A stretch of 64,000 nucleotides of DNA. It comes from Eledone cirrhosa. Lineage: Eukaryota. The notes under the pieces were generated by a model. The model did not search any database, was not told the origin of the DNA, and worked only from the letters and a program-made list of their open reading frames with translations. The first letter of the stretch is position 1; each line of letters opens with the position of its first letter. The DNA lies in contig OZ024745.1 of assembly GCA_964016885.1 (NCBI GenBank), positions 103,850,001 through 103,914,000 on the forward strand, read 5' to 3'. Shown here one piece after another: positions 25,270 through 35,240 of the stretch. The translations under genes were made by a program, and so were the position numbers.

Positions 25270-26230
25270 AAACCAGATCTGTGAGTGGACCAGTGTTCCA
25301 ATCAGATGAAAGATGACATAGTGGTGGAACAATACAGTAGCTAGAGCAGTAAGAGCTAAACAACAAGCTGGAAGGATTGAGAGAATATGTGGAGATATGA
25401 GGTTTGTCAATATTCTGCAGCATGAGAATCAGGAGTGTGAAGTTTTCCAGATTGCAAAATAGTGCATCTGTATGCAGATTTATAGCAGTACACTTGCCCT
25501 CACTGACGTCAACAAGAAGGAAGCATGAAAATGTTATTACTAGAGTATCCTGAATGAGAAAGTGTAGTCTCAATAGAGGTACTTGTTATTGAAGTTGACA
25601 GCTGTATAGTTGATATTGTGATTAAGGATATGAAGTCAGGGGAAGCAGATGGGCCATTAGAAACAGTTGCTTAAACGCTGAAAATATCTGAAGTAGTGCA
25701 TTTGTTACCTGCATAGTAGAGTTGGTTGGGGGGTTGTTCAATGACCTGTAAAAGTATATGTATGATTGACTGCTATAAAGGCAAAGGAGATGCTCTCTCT
25801 CTCAGAAGAACCGTTTATATAGGTTTCCAGATGATTGGCCAGCTTTAGAATGTAACAACTAGTTAGTGAGAAGATTAGCTGAGCTGAGATGCAGTTTGGT
25901 TTTGTCAGGATGATGTACCACTGAAGATCATTGACAAAGTGAAGCATCACAATCCCTTCAGGAAGGAATTCAGCATGCACATAGATGTATTTCAGGGCTT
26001 GGTTCCCGACTGTTTGTTTATTATAGTTCTTCTAGTTTGATGACTTAATTCTCATAACTGACTGTCCTTCAAAAATCAAGCTTCAATAAAGATGTGCAAG
26101 TCAACTAGCCTTATAGAAAAGGGAAATACATCAATAGATGAGTTCGATGGATGTACATCTTGGACTACTGTTTCATGATGACATATGACCTAAGCATGAG
26201 TCAAAACCAGGATTGCACAGAAGGCTATTA
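25270..26230 (+). mobile_element. Decayed RTE LINE (RT region pseudogene)
   Basis: Collinear remnants IKDMKSGEADGP, CYKGKGDAL and MQFGFV match the 27895-30282 protein; many stops and deletions. Confidence 0.75.
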
Positions 26231-26324
26231 ACTGATTGGAATGGATTAATCTTAACAGAATGGCCACAGCAACCTCCCCCTTTCTCTCTTTTACACAGAC
26301 ACACTCAGATTATATAAATAAATA

Positions 26325-26510
26325 AAGTGTGGTAAGAAACCAGGTGGTCCATAATGCACCAGAGTACTTATTACCTAGGGTAGTAGAGTGGGTAAAAGGT
26401 AAAGTGGTAGACCCCGACGGCTGAGCTCCAGCCGGTTCAACAGCTAGATCCGTTCGAATCTAGCTGTTGAAATGGTCAGAGCTCAGCCGTCGGAGTCTTG
26501 TCACTTTTCT
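26325..26510. repeat. Fold-back element related to 5987-6125
   Basis: Long imperfect hairpin at 26401-26507 (GACCCCGACGGCTGAGCTC...TTCAACAGCTAGAT / ATCTAGCTGTTGAA...GAGCTCAGCCGTCGG). Confidence 0.75.
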
Positions 26511-26752
26511 TCTCTGTATGTATATTATATGTATATATATTGTATGTATATATTGTGTATATATATATATATATATTGTATGTATATATTGTGTATATAT
26601 ATATATATATATTGTATGTATATATTGTGTGTATATATATATATATATTGTATGTATATATTGTGTATATATATATATATATATTGTATGTATATATTGT
26701 GTATATATATATATATATTGTATATATGTATGTGTATATATTATATGTATGT

Positions 26753-27079
26753 ATGGTTTAGTGGTTAGAGCATTGGCCTTGCAATCGAAAGGTTGTGAGT
26801 TCAATTCTCAGACCGGGTGATGTGTTGTTTCCTTGAGCAAGACACTTTATTTCACATTGCTCCAGTTTACTCAGCTGTAGAAATGAGATGATAGGGACTG
26901 GGGTCCCTATCATTCCACTGCAAAGTGGTCGCGGAGGTGCCAAGGCAAAAAGCACCCAGCACTCACTGTAAATGAGGTTGGTGTTAGGAAGGGCATCCAG
27001 CTGTAGAAATCAAGCCAGAATCAGTTCCCATCCCACCCTTGCAAGCAGGGAAAAGTGGAGGTAAAATGATGATGATGAT
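26753..27079 (+). mobile_element. Near full-length SINE family A
   Basis: Highly similar to 3398-3729; GAGTTCAATTC B box and (GAT)n tail. Confidence 0.9.
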
Positions 27080-27269
27080 ATGTATGCATGTATTATATAT
27101 ATGTATGTATGTATTATTTATATATATATATGTATGTATGTATGCATGCATGCATGTATGTATTGTATGTATGTATGTATTACATATATATATAATACAT
27201 ACATATATATAATACATACATACATACATGTATGTATTATATGTATGTATTATATATATATGTATGTAT

Positions 27270-27920
27270 GTAGGCACCCTAAAGGGTCGCGCTAACGAGG
27301 TTGTAGAAATGCTTGAACGTAAGGAGGTCGATGTTTGTTGTATTCAAGAGACCAGGTGGAGGGGTGGGTCTGCTAGATTCATTGAGGGTAAAAAACGATG
27401 TTATAAGCTTTTCTGGGTGGGAAACGACGATGGGCTGGGTGGAGTAGGAATCATGGTAGCAGAAAAGTGGGCAGATAAGATAATAGACGTAAATAGAGTG
27501 AACGACAGAATAATTAAAATACGACTTGTCCTCAATAGAACTACGGTGACAGTAATATCTGCGTACGCACCCCAATCCGGACTGCCCGGCACTATAAAAG
27601 ACAGATTCTATGAGACACTGTTGCTAACTACCTCCCAAATATCTGACAGTGACTATATAATTATTGCAGGCGACCTAAATGGTCACGTTGGACAACATTG
27701 TGACGGCTACGACGAAATCCATGGAGGCTATGGGTTTGGTACTAGAAATGAGGAAGGCTCCAGAATCCTGGAATTCTGTGATGCAAATAACCTAACTATC
27801 TGTAACACTAACTTCAAAAAACGTGAGAATCACCTGATCACCTATAGATCCGAGGAACACACAAGCCAGGTAGATTATATCCTTACCAGAAGACGTGACA
27901 GTGTCTGTTGTAAACACTAA
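27270..27920 (+). CDS. RTE LINE apurinic-like endonuclease domain (N-terminal part, ends at a frameshift)
   Basis: Motifs VGTL, CCIQETRW, GVGI, SAYAPQ, GDLNGHVG, RNEEG and VDYIL; the first 14 residues of ORF 27228 are microsatellite. Confidence 0.9.
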   Translation, partial: VGTLKGRANEVVEMLERKEVDVCCIQETRWRGGSARFIEGKKRCYKLFWVGNDDGLGGVGIMVAEKWADKIIDVNRVNDRIIKIRLVLNRTTVTVISAYAPQSGLPGTIKDRFYETLLLTTSQISDSDYIIIAGDLNGHVGQHCDGYDEIHGGYGFGTRNEEGSRILEFCDANNLTICNTNFKKRENHLITYRSEEHTSQVDYILTRRRDSVCCKH

Positions 27921-30282
27921 ATCCCTCCCCCATGAAGAATGCACCTCCCAACATAGACTGATAATTAGCGACCTCATAGTCAGGACGAGACGTACTCGAC
28001 AGCAGAAGAGGACTATCCTCAGGAGGAAAATATGGAAGCTAAAGGACCCCACAGCTAGAAATAAATTTCAAAGCATATTACTTGATGCTTTCGACAGTAA
28101 GGAAGAGCATCTAGAGTCGGACAATATAGAGGGACAGTGGGAATTTCTGAAAGCAAACCTGCTGTTGGCGACAGACGAAGTCTGTGGCTGGAGCAGGCCT
28201 GTAGGCAGGAGGAGAGTAACATGGTGGTGGAACAGTAAGGTGGAGAGGTCAATTAAGGCCAAAAAGCAGGCTTGGAAAGTATGGCGGGATGGGGGAAGTA
28301 GAGTAGACTATCAAGTGGCCAGGAGGGAAGCTAGGAGAGAAGTGTACTTAGCAAGAAGGGAAGCTGAGGAAAGAAAGTTCAAGCATGTTCTACAACGCGA
28401 TGACCAAAAACGTGAGGTGTTCAGGATTGCTAGGCAATGCGTCAAGGAAAACCGTGATATTGTCGGGGAGAAGTGTGTACTTAACGATGATGGCATACTT
28501 GCCATCACCGACACTGATAAGAAGGTAGCTTGGAAGTGTCACTATGAAAGGCTACTAAATGAGGAGAATAAATGGGAGAAAGACAGTCTCCCCCATATCG
28601 ACCCAATAGAGGGACCAGCAGTGTTAGTCGAGGGGAGTATAATAAGTAAGGCAATCAAGGATATGAAGACGGGTAAGGCGGCTGGGCCTTCGGAAATAGT
28701 TGCTGAGATGCTGAAGGCATCTGGCACGGTGGGACACACCATGGTCACCCGCATAGTTAACCAAATCGTACAGAATGGGGTTGTTCCGAAGGACTGGCAT
28801 AGCAGCATCATCGTTAACTGTTATAAGGGTAAAGGAGACGCCCTAGATAGGAGTAACTATAGAGGCATTAAATTAATCGACCAGGTCATGAAGGTCACGG
28901 AAAAAGTAATAGCGCAACTAATCAGAGAGAGAATTGACCTAGATGAAATGCAGTTCGGGTTTGTGTCAGGCAAAAGCACCACAGACGCTCTTTTCATAGT
29001 ACGACAACTACAGGAGAAGTACCTAGCTAAAGGTAAACCCCTCTACTTAGCTTTTGTCGACCTGGAGAAAGCCTTCGACAGAGTCCCCTGCTCCATTATC
29101 TGGTGGGCTCTTAGAAAACTAGGCGTTGACGAATGGCTTGTGAGGGCTATACAAGCCATGTATAAAGAAACAGTCAGCAAGGTTAGAATTAACAACGAAT
29201 ATAGTGAAGAGTTTAGCGTAAAAGTTGACGTCCATCAGGGCTCTGTTCTCAGCCCCCTACTATTTATTATTGTCCTTCAGGCTATAACAGAGGAGTTCAA
29301 GACAGGCTGCCCATGGGAACTCCTATACGCAGACGACCTGACACTCATAGCGGAATCAATGGCCGAGCTAGAGAAGAAATTCCAAACATGGAAGCACGGC
29401 CTAGAGTCAAAAGGACTTAAAATTAACCTGGCTAAGACTAAAGTTCTAGTTTGTAGGAAACAAAATAAGGCGGCGGTCCCTTCTGGGAAATGGTCGTGCT
29501 CGGTGTGTAGGAAAGGCGTAGGTAGAAACTCCATTTTATGTCCTAAATGCAAAGTATGGGTGCATAAAAGATGTAGTGGGATCACAGGTAAGCTAACTAA
29601 GAACATAGATTTTACATGTGGCCGGTGTTCTGGTGCAATAAGTAGCAGCAAGTGCCCACAAAATACTAGCTCTTTCAATTACGCAGAGGGTTCTATAGAA
29701 ATAGTGGACAGCTTCCGTTACCTGGGTGACAAAATCAGCAGTGGGGGAGGGTGCTCTGAAAGTACAGTAGCTAGAGTCAGAACTGGATGGAAAAAGTTCA
29801 GAGAGCTTATACCACTATTCGCCGCTAAAGGGTTCTCCCTAAAAATGAAAGGCAGGTTGTATGATTCCTGCATACGAACAGCAATGTTGCATGGCAGTGA
29901 GACCTGGGCATTGTGTGCAGAGGATATACGCAGACTAGAGAGGAACGAAGCTTGCATGCTCCGCTGGATGTGTAATAGTAATATAAGCGAACGGCAAAGC
30001 ATAAACGAACTAAGGAAAAAATTAGAAATAAGAGGGATCAGATGTTGTTTACTCGAGAGAAGGCTACGTTGGTATGGTCACGTGATGTGCATGAAAGATG
30101 ACAACTGTATAGCAAAGTGCAGGGCAATAAAGATAGACGGTAGCCACGGAGTAGGCAGACCCAGAAAAACCTGGGACGAGCTGATAAATTCCGACCTCAC
30201 ACACTTACACCTCTCCAAGACAATGTCACTGGACCGAGACCTTTGGCGGTACTCAGTAATAGAGAAGACCCGCCTTACCTAA
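27895..30282 (+). CDS. RTE LINE reverse transcriptase with an embedded Cys/His zinc finger
   Basis: 795-aa open frame with KAAGPS, NYRGIKL, QFGF, FVDLEKAFD, HQGSVLSPLLF, LLYADDL, KTK, FRYLG, HGSETW, RRLRWYGHV and GRPRKTW. Confidence 0.95.
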   Translation: MTVSVVNTKSLPHEECTSQHRLIISDLIVRTRRTRQQKRTILRRKIWKLKDPTARNKFQSILLDAFDSKEEHLESDNIEGQWEFLKANLLLATDEVCGWSRPVGRRRVTWWWNSKVERSIKAKKQAWKVWRDGGSRVDYQVARREARREVYLARREAEERKFKHVLQRDDQKREVFRIARQCVKENRDIVGEKCVLNDDGILAITDTDKKVAWKCHYERLLNEENKWEKDSLPHIDPIEGPAVLVEGSIISKAIKDMKTGKAAGPSEIVAEMLKASGTVGHTMVTRIVNQIVQNGVVPKDWHSSIIVNCYKGKGDALDRSNYRGIKLIDQVMKVTEKVIAQLIRERIDLDEMQFGFVSGKSTTDALFIVRQLQEKYLAKGKPLYLAFVDLEKAFDRVPCSIIWWALRKLGVDEWLVRAIQAMYKETVSKVRINNEYSEEFSVKVDVHQGSVLSPLLFIIVLQAITEEFKTGCPWELLYADDLTLIAESMAELEKKFQTWKHGLESKGLKINLAKTKVLVCRKQNKAAVPSGKWSCSVCRKGVGRNSILCPKCKVWVHKRCSGITGKLTKNIDFTCGRCSGAISSSKCPQNTSSFNYAEGSIEIVDSFRYLGDKISSGGGCSESTVARVRTGWKKFRELIPLFAAKGFSLKMKGRLYDSCIRTAMLHGSETWALCAEDIRRLERNEACMLRWMCNSNISERQSINELRKKLEIRGIRCCLLERRLRWYGHVMCMKDDNCIAKCRAIKIDGSHGVGRPRKTWDELINSDLTHLHLSKTMSLDRDLWRYSVIEKTRLT

Positions 30283-30719
30283 ATACAAATACACCCCCAC
30301 CCCATCCACACCGCCCCTTTCAATGTAAAGTTATGTTGGGGCCACAAAATCCAGGCCGAAACAAATGAGATCGTGTAGGTGTCACGACAAAAAAAAAACA
30401 GTCCACGCTGTAAATGTGGCCGTGTAGGCAACACGGTAAAAAACCTCCCAGCCTCACACTGTAAATGTGGTTGGTGTTAGGAAGGGCATCCAGCTTTAGA
30501 AAACCCGCCAGACAGTCCACGCTGTAATGTGGCCGTGTAGGCAACACGGTAAAAACCTCCCAGCCCCACACTGTAAATGTGGTTGGTGTTAGGAAGGGCA
30601 TCCAACTGTAGAAAACCCGCCAGACAGTCCTATGCAAGCAAGACAACCACTCTTGCCTCAAGTGGGAAAACTCCCGTGCAAGCGTGGATCATGGACGTTA
30701 AACGATGATGATGATGATG

Positions 30720-31255
30720 TATGTATGTATTAGATATATGTATATGTATGTATTAGATATATATATATGTATGTATGTATGTATTATATATGTATGTATG
30801 TATTATATATATATGTATGTATGTATTATATATATATGTATGTATGTATTATATATATATGTATGTATGATATATATATGTATGTATGTATTATATATAT
30901 ATGTATGTATGTATTATATATATATGTATGTATGTATTATATATATATGTATGTATGTATTATATATATATATATGTATGTATTATATATATATATATGT
31001 ATGTATTATATATATATATATGTATGTATTATATATATATATGTATGTATTATATATATATATGTATGTATTATATATATATATATGTATGTATTATATA
31101 TATATATATGTATGTATTATATATATATATATGTATGTATTATATATATATATATATGTATGTATTATATATATATATATATGTATGTATTATATATATA
31201 TATATGTATGTATTATATATATATATATGTATGTATTATATATATATGTATGTAT

Positions 31256-31286
<31 letters not shown>

Positions 31287-31373
31287 TATATATATATATG
31301 TATGTATTATATATATGTATGTATGTATTATATATATGTATGTATGTATTATATATATGTATGTATGTATTAT
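30720..31373. repeat. Compound (TATG)n/(TA)n array
   Basis: Visible directly. Confidence 0.95.
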
Positions 31374-32009
31374 ATAGTGGTGGATAGCTTCCGGTACCTA
31401 GGAGATCAGATTAGCATGGGAGGAGGGTGTTCCGAGGCCATAGTATCTAGAATAAGGACGGGTTGGAAGAAGTTTAGGGAGCTGCTTCCTCTGTTGACGA
31501 AGAAGGGTTTCTCCCTGCATACGAAAGGCCGGTTGTATGATGCCTGTGTGAGGAGCGCGATGCTGCATGGTAGTGAGACATGGGCAGCTACCGCAGAAGA
31601 TATGCGACGGCTGGAGAGAAATGAGGCAAGCATGCTCCGTTGGATGTGCAGTGTAAATGTGCGTGAACGACCCAGCATAAATGTGTTGAGAGAGAAACTG
31701 TGTCTGAGAGGGATAGAATGTAGTGTACGGGAGAGGAGACTGAGGTGGTATGGACATGTGATGCGCATGGAGGATGACCGATGGGTGAAGAAGTGCCAGG
31801 AAATGCCAGTTGAAGGAAGACGTAGTAGAGGTAGACCACGAAAAACATGGGCGGAGGTGGTGAGAACAGACCTCAGATCATTGAAGCTCACGGTGGAGAT
31901 GACGAGGGACCGTGACGAGTGGAGAGATGCTGTGCTGAATAAGACCCGTCCCACCCTTGCAAGCAGGGAAAAGCGGACGTAAAATGATGATGATGATGAT
32001 GATGATGAT
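31374..32009 (+). mobile_element. 5'-truncated RTE LINE of a second subfamily, with an uninterrupted frame to the stop at 31982
   Basis: VVDSFRYLGD...HGSETW...RRLRWYGHV...GRPRKTW...KTRPTLASREKRT*, then (GAT)n. Confidence 0.92.
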
Positions 32010-32025
32010 ATATATATGTATGTAT

Positions 32026-32060
<35 letters not shown>

Positions 32061-33360
32061 TATATATATATATGTATGTATGTATTATATATATATATGT
32101 ATGTATGTATTATATATATATATGTATGTATGTATTATATATATATATGTATGTATGTATTATATATATATATGTATGTATGTATTATATATATATATGT
32201 ATGTATGTATTATATATATATATGTATGTATGTATTATATATATATATGTATGTATGTATTATATATATGTATGTATGTATTATATATATATATGTATGT
32301 ATGTATTATATATATATATGTATGTATGTATTATATATATATATGTATGTATGTATTATATATATGTATGTATGTATTATATATATATATGTATGTATGT
32401 ATTATATATATATATGTATGTATGTATTATATATATATATGTATGTATTATATATATATATATGTATGTATGTATTATATATATATATATGTATGTATGT
32501 ATTATATATATATATATGTATGTATTATATATATATATGTATGTATGTATTATATATATATATGTATGTATGTATTATATATATATATATGTATGTATGT
32601 ATTATATATATATATATATATGTATGTATTATATATGTATATGTATGTATTATATATATATGTATGTATGTATTATATATATATGTATGTATGTATTATA
32701 TATATATGTATGTATGTATTATATATATATGTATGTATGTATTATATATATATGTATGTATGTATTATATATATATGTATGTATTATATATATATGTATG
32801 TATTATATATATATGTATGTATTATATATATATGTATGTATGTATTATATATATATATGTATGTATGTATTATATATATATATATATGTATGTATTATAT
32901 ATATATATATATGTATGTATTATATATATATATATATGTATGTATTATATATATATATATATGTATGTATTATATATATATATATATGTATGTATTATAT
33001 ATATATATATATGTATGTATTATATATATATATATATGTATGTATTATATATATATATATATGTATGTATTATATATATATGTATGTATGTATTATATAT
33101 ATATGTATGTATGTATTATATATATATGTATGTATGTATTATATATATATGTATGTATGTATTATATATATATGTATGTATGTATTATATATATATGTAT
33201 GTATGTATTATATATATATGTATGTATGTATTGTATATATATGTATGTATGTATTGTATATATATGTATGTATGTATTGTATATATATGTATGTATTATA
33301 TATATATATATGTATGTATTATATATATATATATGTATTATATATATGTGTATATATATA
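32010..33360. repeat. 1.35-kb compound (TATG)n/(TA)n array
   Basis: Visible directly; unit approximately TATGTATGTATTATATATATA. Confidence 0.95.
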
Positions 33361-33597
33361 ATCTCACCATTGTACAAGTATGTAAGTAAAAGCTATCATG
33401 AACAGCTGTGCAAGTAGAAATAATTAGCAAGGCATTACAGAACATGGACTCAGTAATTCAGTAGGTGGCACAGAAGATGAATTTGTATATGAAACAGCAG
33501 TGGCTGTGTTAACAAACAATAAACGAAACATACTTTTTCAAGAAACATATCACATTAAAAGATTAGTCTTAAAGAGGTGAAAGAACTCCTTTTTTTT

Positions 33598-33641
<44 letters not shown>

Positions 33642-34424
33642 TTTCAGTGAGGAGTGTGTGTACACGTAGTCAGTATTTGTCAGTACCACTGAAATGCCTG
33701 TATAGGTAATTGAAATGAGAACTAGCAATGTGGACAGTTTGCAGTGTGCATATCTGGTAGTGGTGCACTAAATTTTGTTAATGCACAGCTATTTTACTCC
33801 AAATAACATCTAATATAATGCGCATCATATATCTATAGGATATATTTTTATTTTCTGAGTAAACTTTTATAAAATCTATGTAGGCTATCTCTTTCGCTAT
33901 TTGTTGTTTGTCTTTAATATTTTCCTCTTACAACTTTACTAACAAATCCTCTCTTCCTGTTCCTCCTACACACCCTGCTGTTGTGCTGAGAGAAATGAAG
34001 CATAATAGTTCTTAATTGTATGTATTTATGAAGGTTTGTGAATATATAACTGTCTGTCCCTCACATTTTCTTTCCACATACCATTCATTTTGTTCTGTTC
34101 AATCTCCTTACCAATAACCAGCATGTATCTGCATATCATTGACGTTTATATAATACACATGTATATATATAAACATGTTATCAAAAGCATCTAAAAGGGT
34201 TTATACCAGAAAAGGCATTTAACCATAAAGCACTACCTAAAGAAGGTCTGTCCAATCCATGCCAACCTGGAAAAGGGAGACCTACTGTCTTCCATAAAAA
34301 CTACATATATATTAAGAAAGAAAAAGAGATTGAAGTTTCAGTCCAGCTTATTTTATTAGTAACCAAAGATAACACACGGCTTCTCTGATAAAGTTTCTTA
34401 CTCCCCTCCTAGTAGAAATAAAAA

Positions 34425-35240
34425 AAAAATGATTTGGTTCTACCCACCCTTCTCGCTCAGTGTTAGAACCAATGTAGACAGGGCATAAACACAGACATAT
34501 CTTCAATAGACATGGTGAAACTCAGTTATTCTTGTGCTAAAAATATGAAAGCCCACATCACCACCAACCTCAACAGCTCATCCTGCTCTTGCAGAAGGCC
34601 AGAAACATGCACCCTTCAACAACAATGTAACATACCCTCAATAGTCTATTAGGCTGAAGTTACATCTACTCGACCAAACCAACAGTAGGTCAAATTGTAT
34701 CGAGGTATGGTAGAGGGCCAGTTTCAAGAATGCTTCCTTAAGTATCGGATGACCTTTAGACACTTGGATAAGCGATCATCCATGGAGCTAGCAAACCACA
34801 TATGATTATTCAAAGATACAGGCGTCGATTACTCCATTCAATGGAAAGTTCTGACCAAAACTAGGCCATATGGAAATGAGAATTTGTCCTGTAGCTTGTA
34901 TATCGAGGAACAAATGAATATCTTGCAGAGATTACATAATAGTACTTGTCGCACACAAGATTTTATTTTTTTGTAATCATTGCCTTGCCCCCCCCCCCCC
35001 CCCCCCCCAACACACACACACACTACAAAATATGTTATGTAAATACAAAGACCCAAGATAAACCTTACCCTAAATGAACTCAAATGTAAATCGTCTAGAA
35101 TCCAGTCAGCTCATATACACTTCTGTTCTCAGCACAATCTCATTTGAGTTGAAAATCCTTTGGATGAAACACATGTCGTCAAGTATGGTTTGCTAATTCA
35201 TTGTGGTACTCTCTCTGTATAAATAGAATTTCCTTTACAA
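34425..35240 (+). mobile_element. Decayed Penelope-like element (Neptune-type): linker, GIY-YIG endonuclease and 3' pseudo-LTR remnant
   Basis: Manual translation: IWFYPPFSLSVRTNV; VKLSYSCAKNMK; SCSCRRPETCTLQQQCNIPSIVY*AEV...LYRGMVEGQF...FRH...SSMELANHI*LFKD...IQWKVL...PY...CSLYIEEQ. These match PLE motifs WFNPPFS, KLSYSC, CxC..C..C, IVY..YIG and TELSxxIW. Confidence 0.85.

Larger units (their letters stand above)
27270..30719 (+). mobile_element. Near-complete RTE-clade LINE including a SINE-like 3' region and (GAT)n tail
   Basis: Single EN-RT ORF architecture with one frameshift near 27900; no 5' UTR, flanked by microsatellite. Confidence 0.9.

Noticed and set aside
30395-30640. Repeat-spacer-like pattern resembling CRISPR
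   Set aside because: It is a simple tandem duplication in eukaryotic retroelement sequence, with no unique spacers or cas genes.
30705-31373. N-terminal extension of the 425-aa ORF fused to the RTE C-terminus
   Set aside because: The extension is microsatellite that happens to be in frame.
31957-33417. Long ORFs of 436-486 aa (and similar YI/MYV-rich ORFs at 7697, 26460 and 30767)
   Set aside because: These are translations of TA/TATG repeats that lack stop codons, not proteins.
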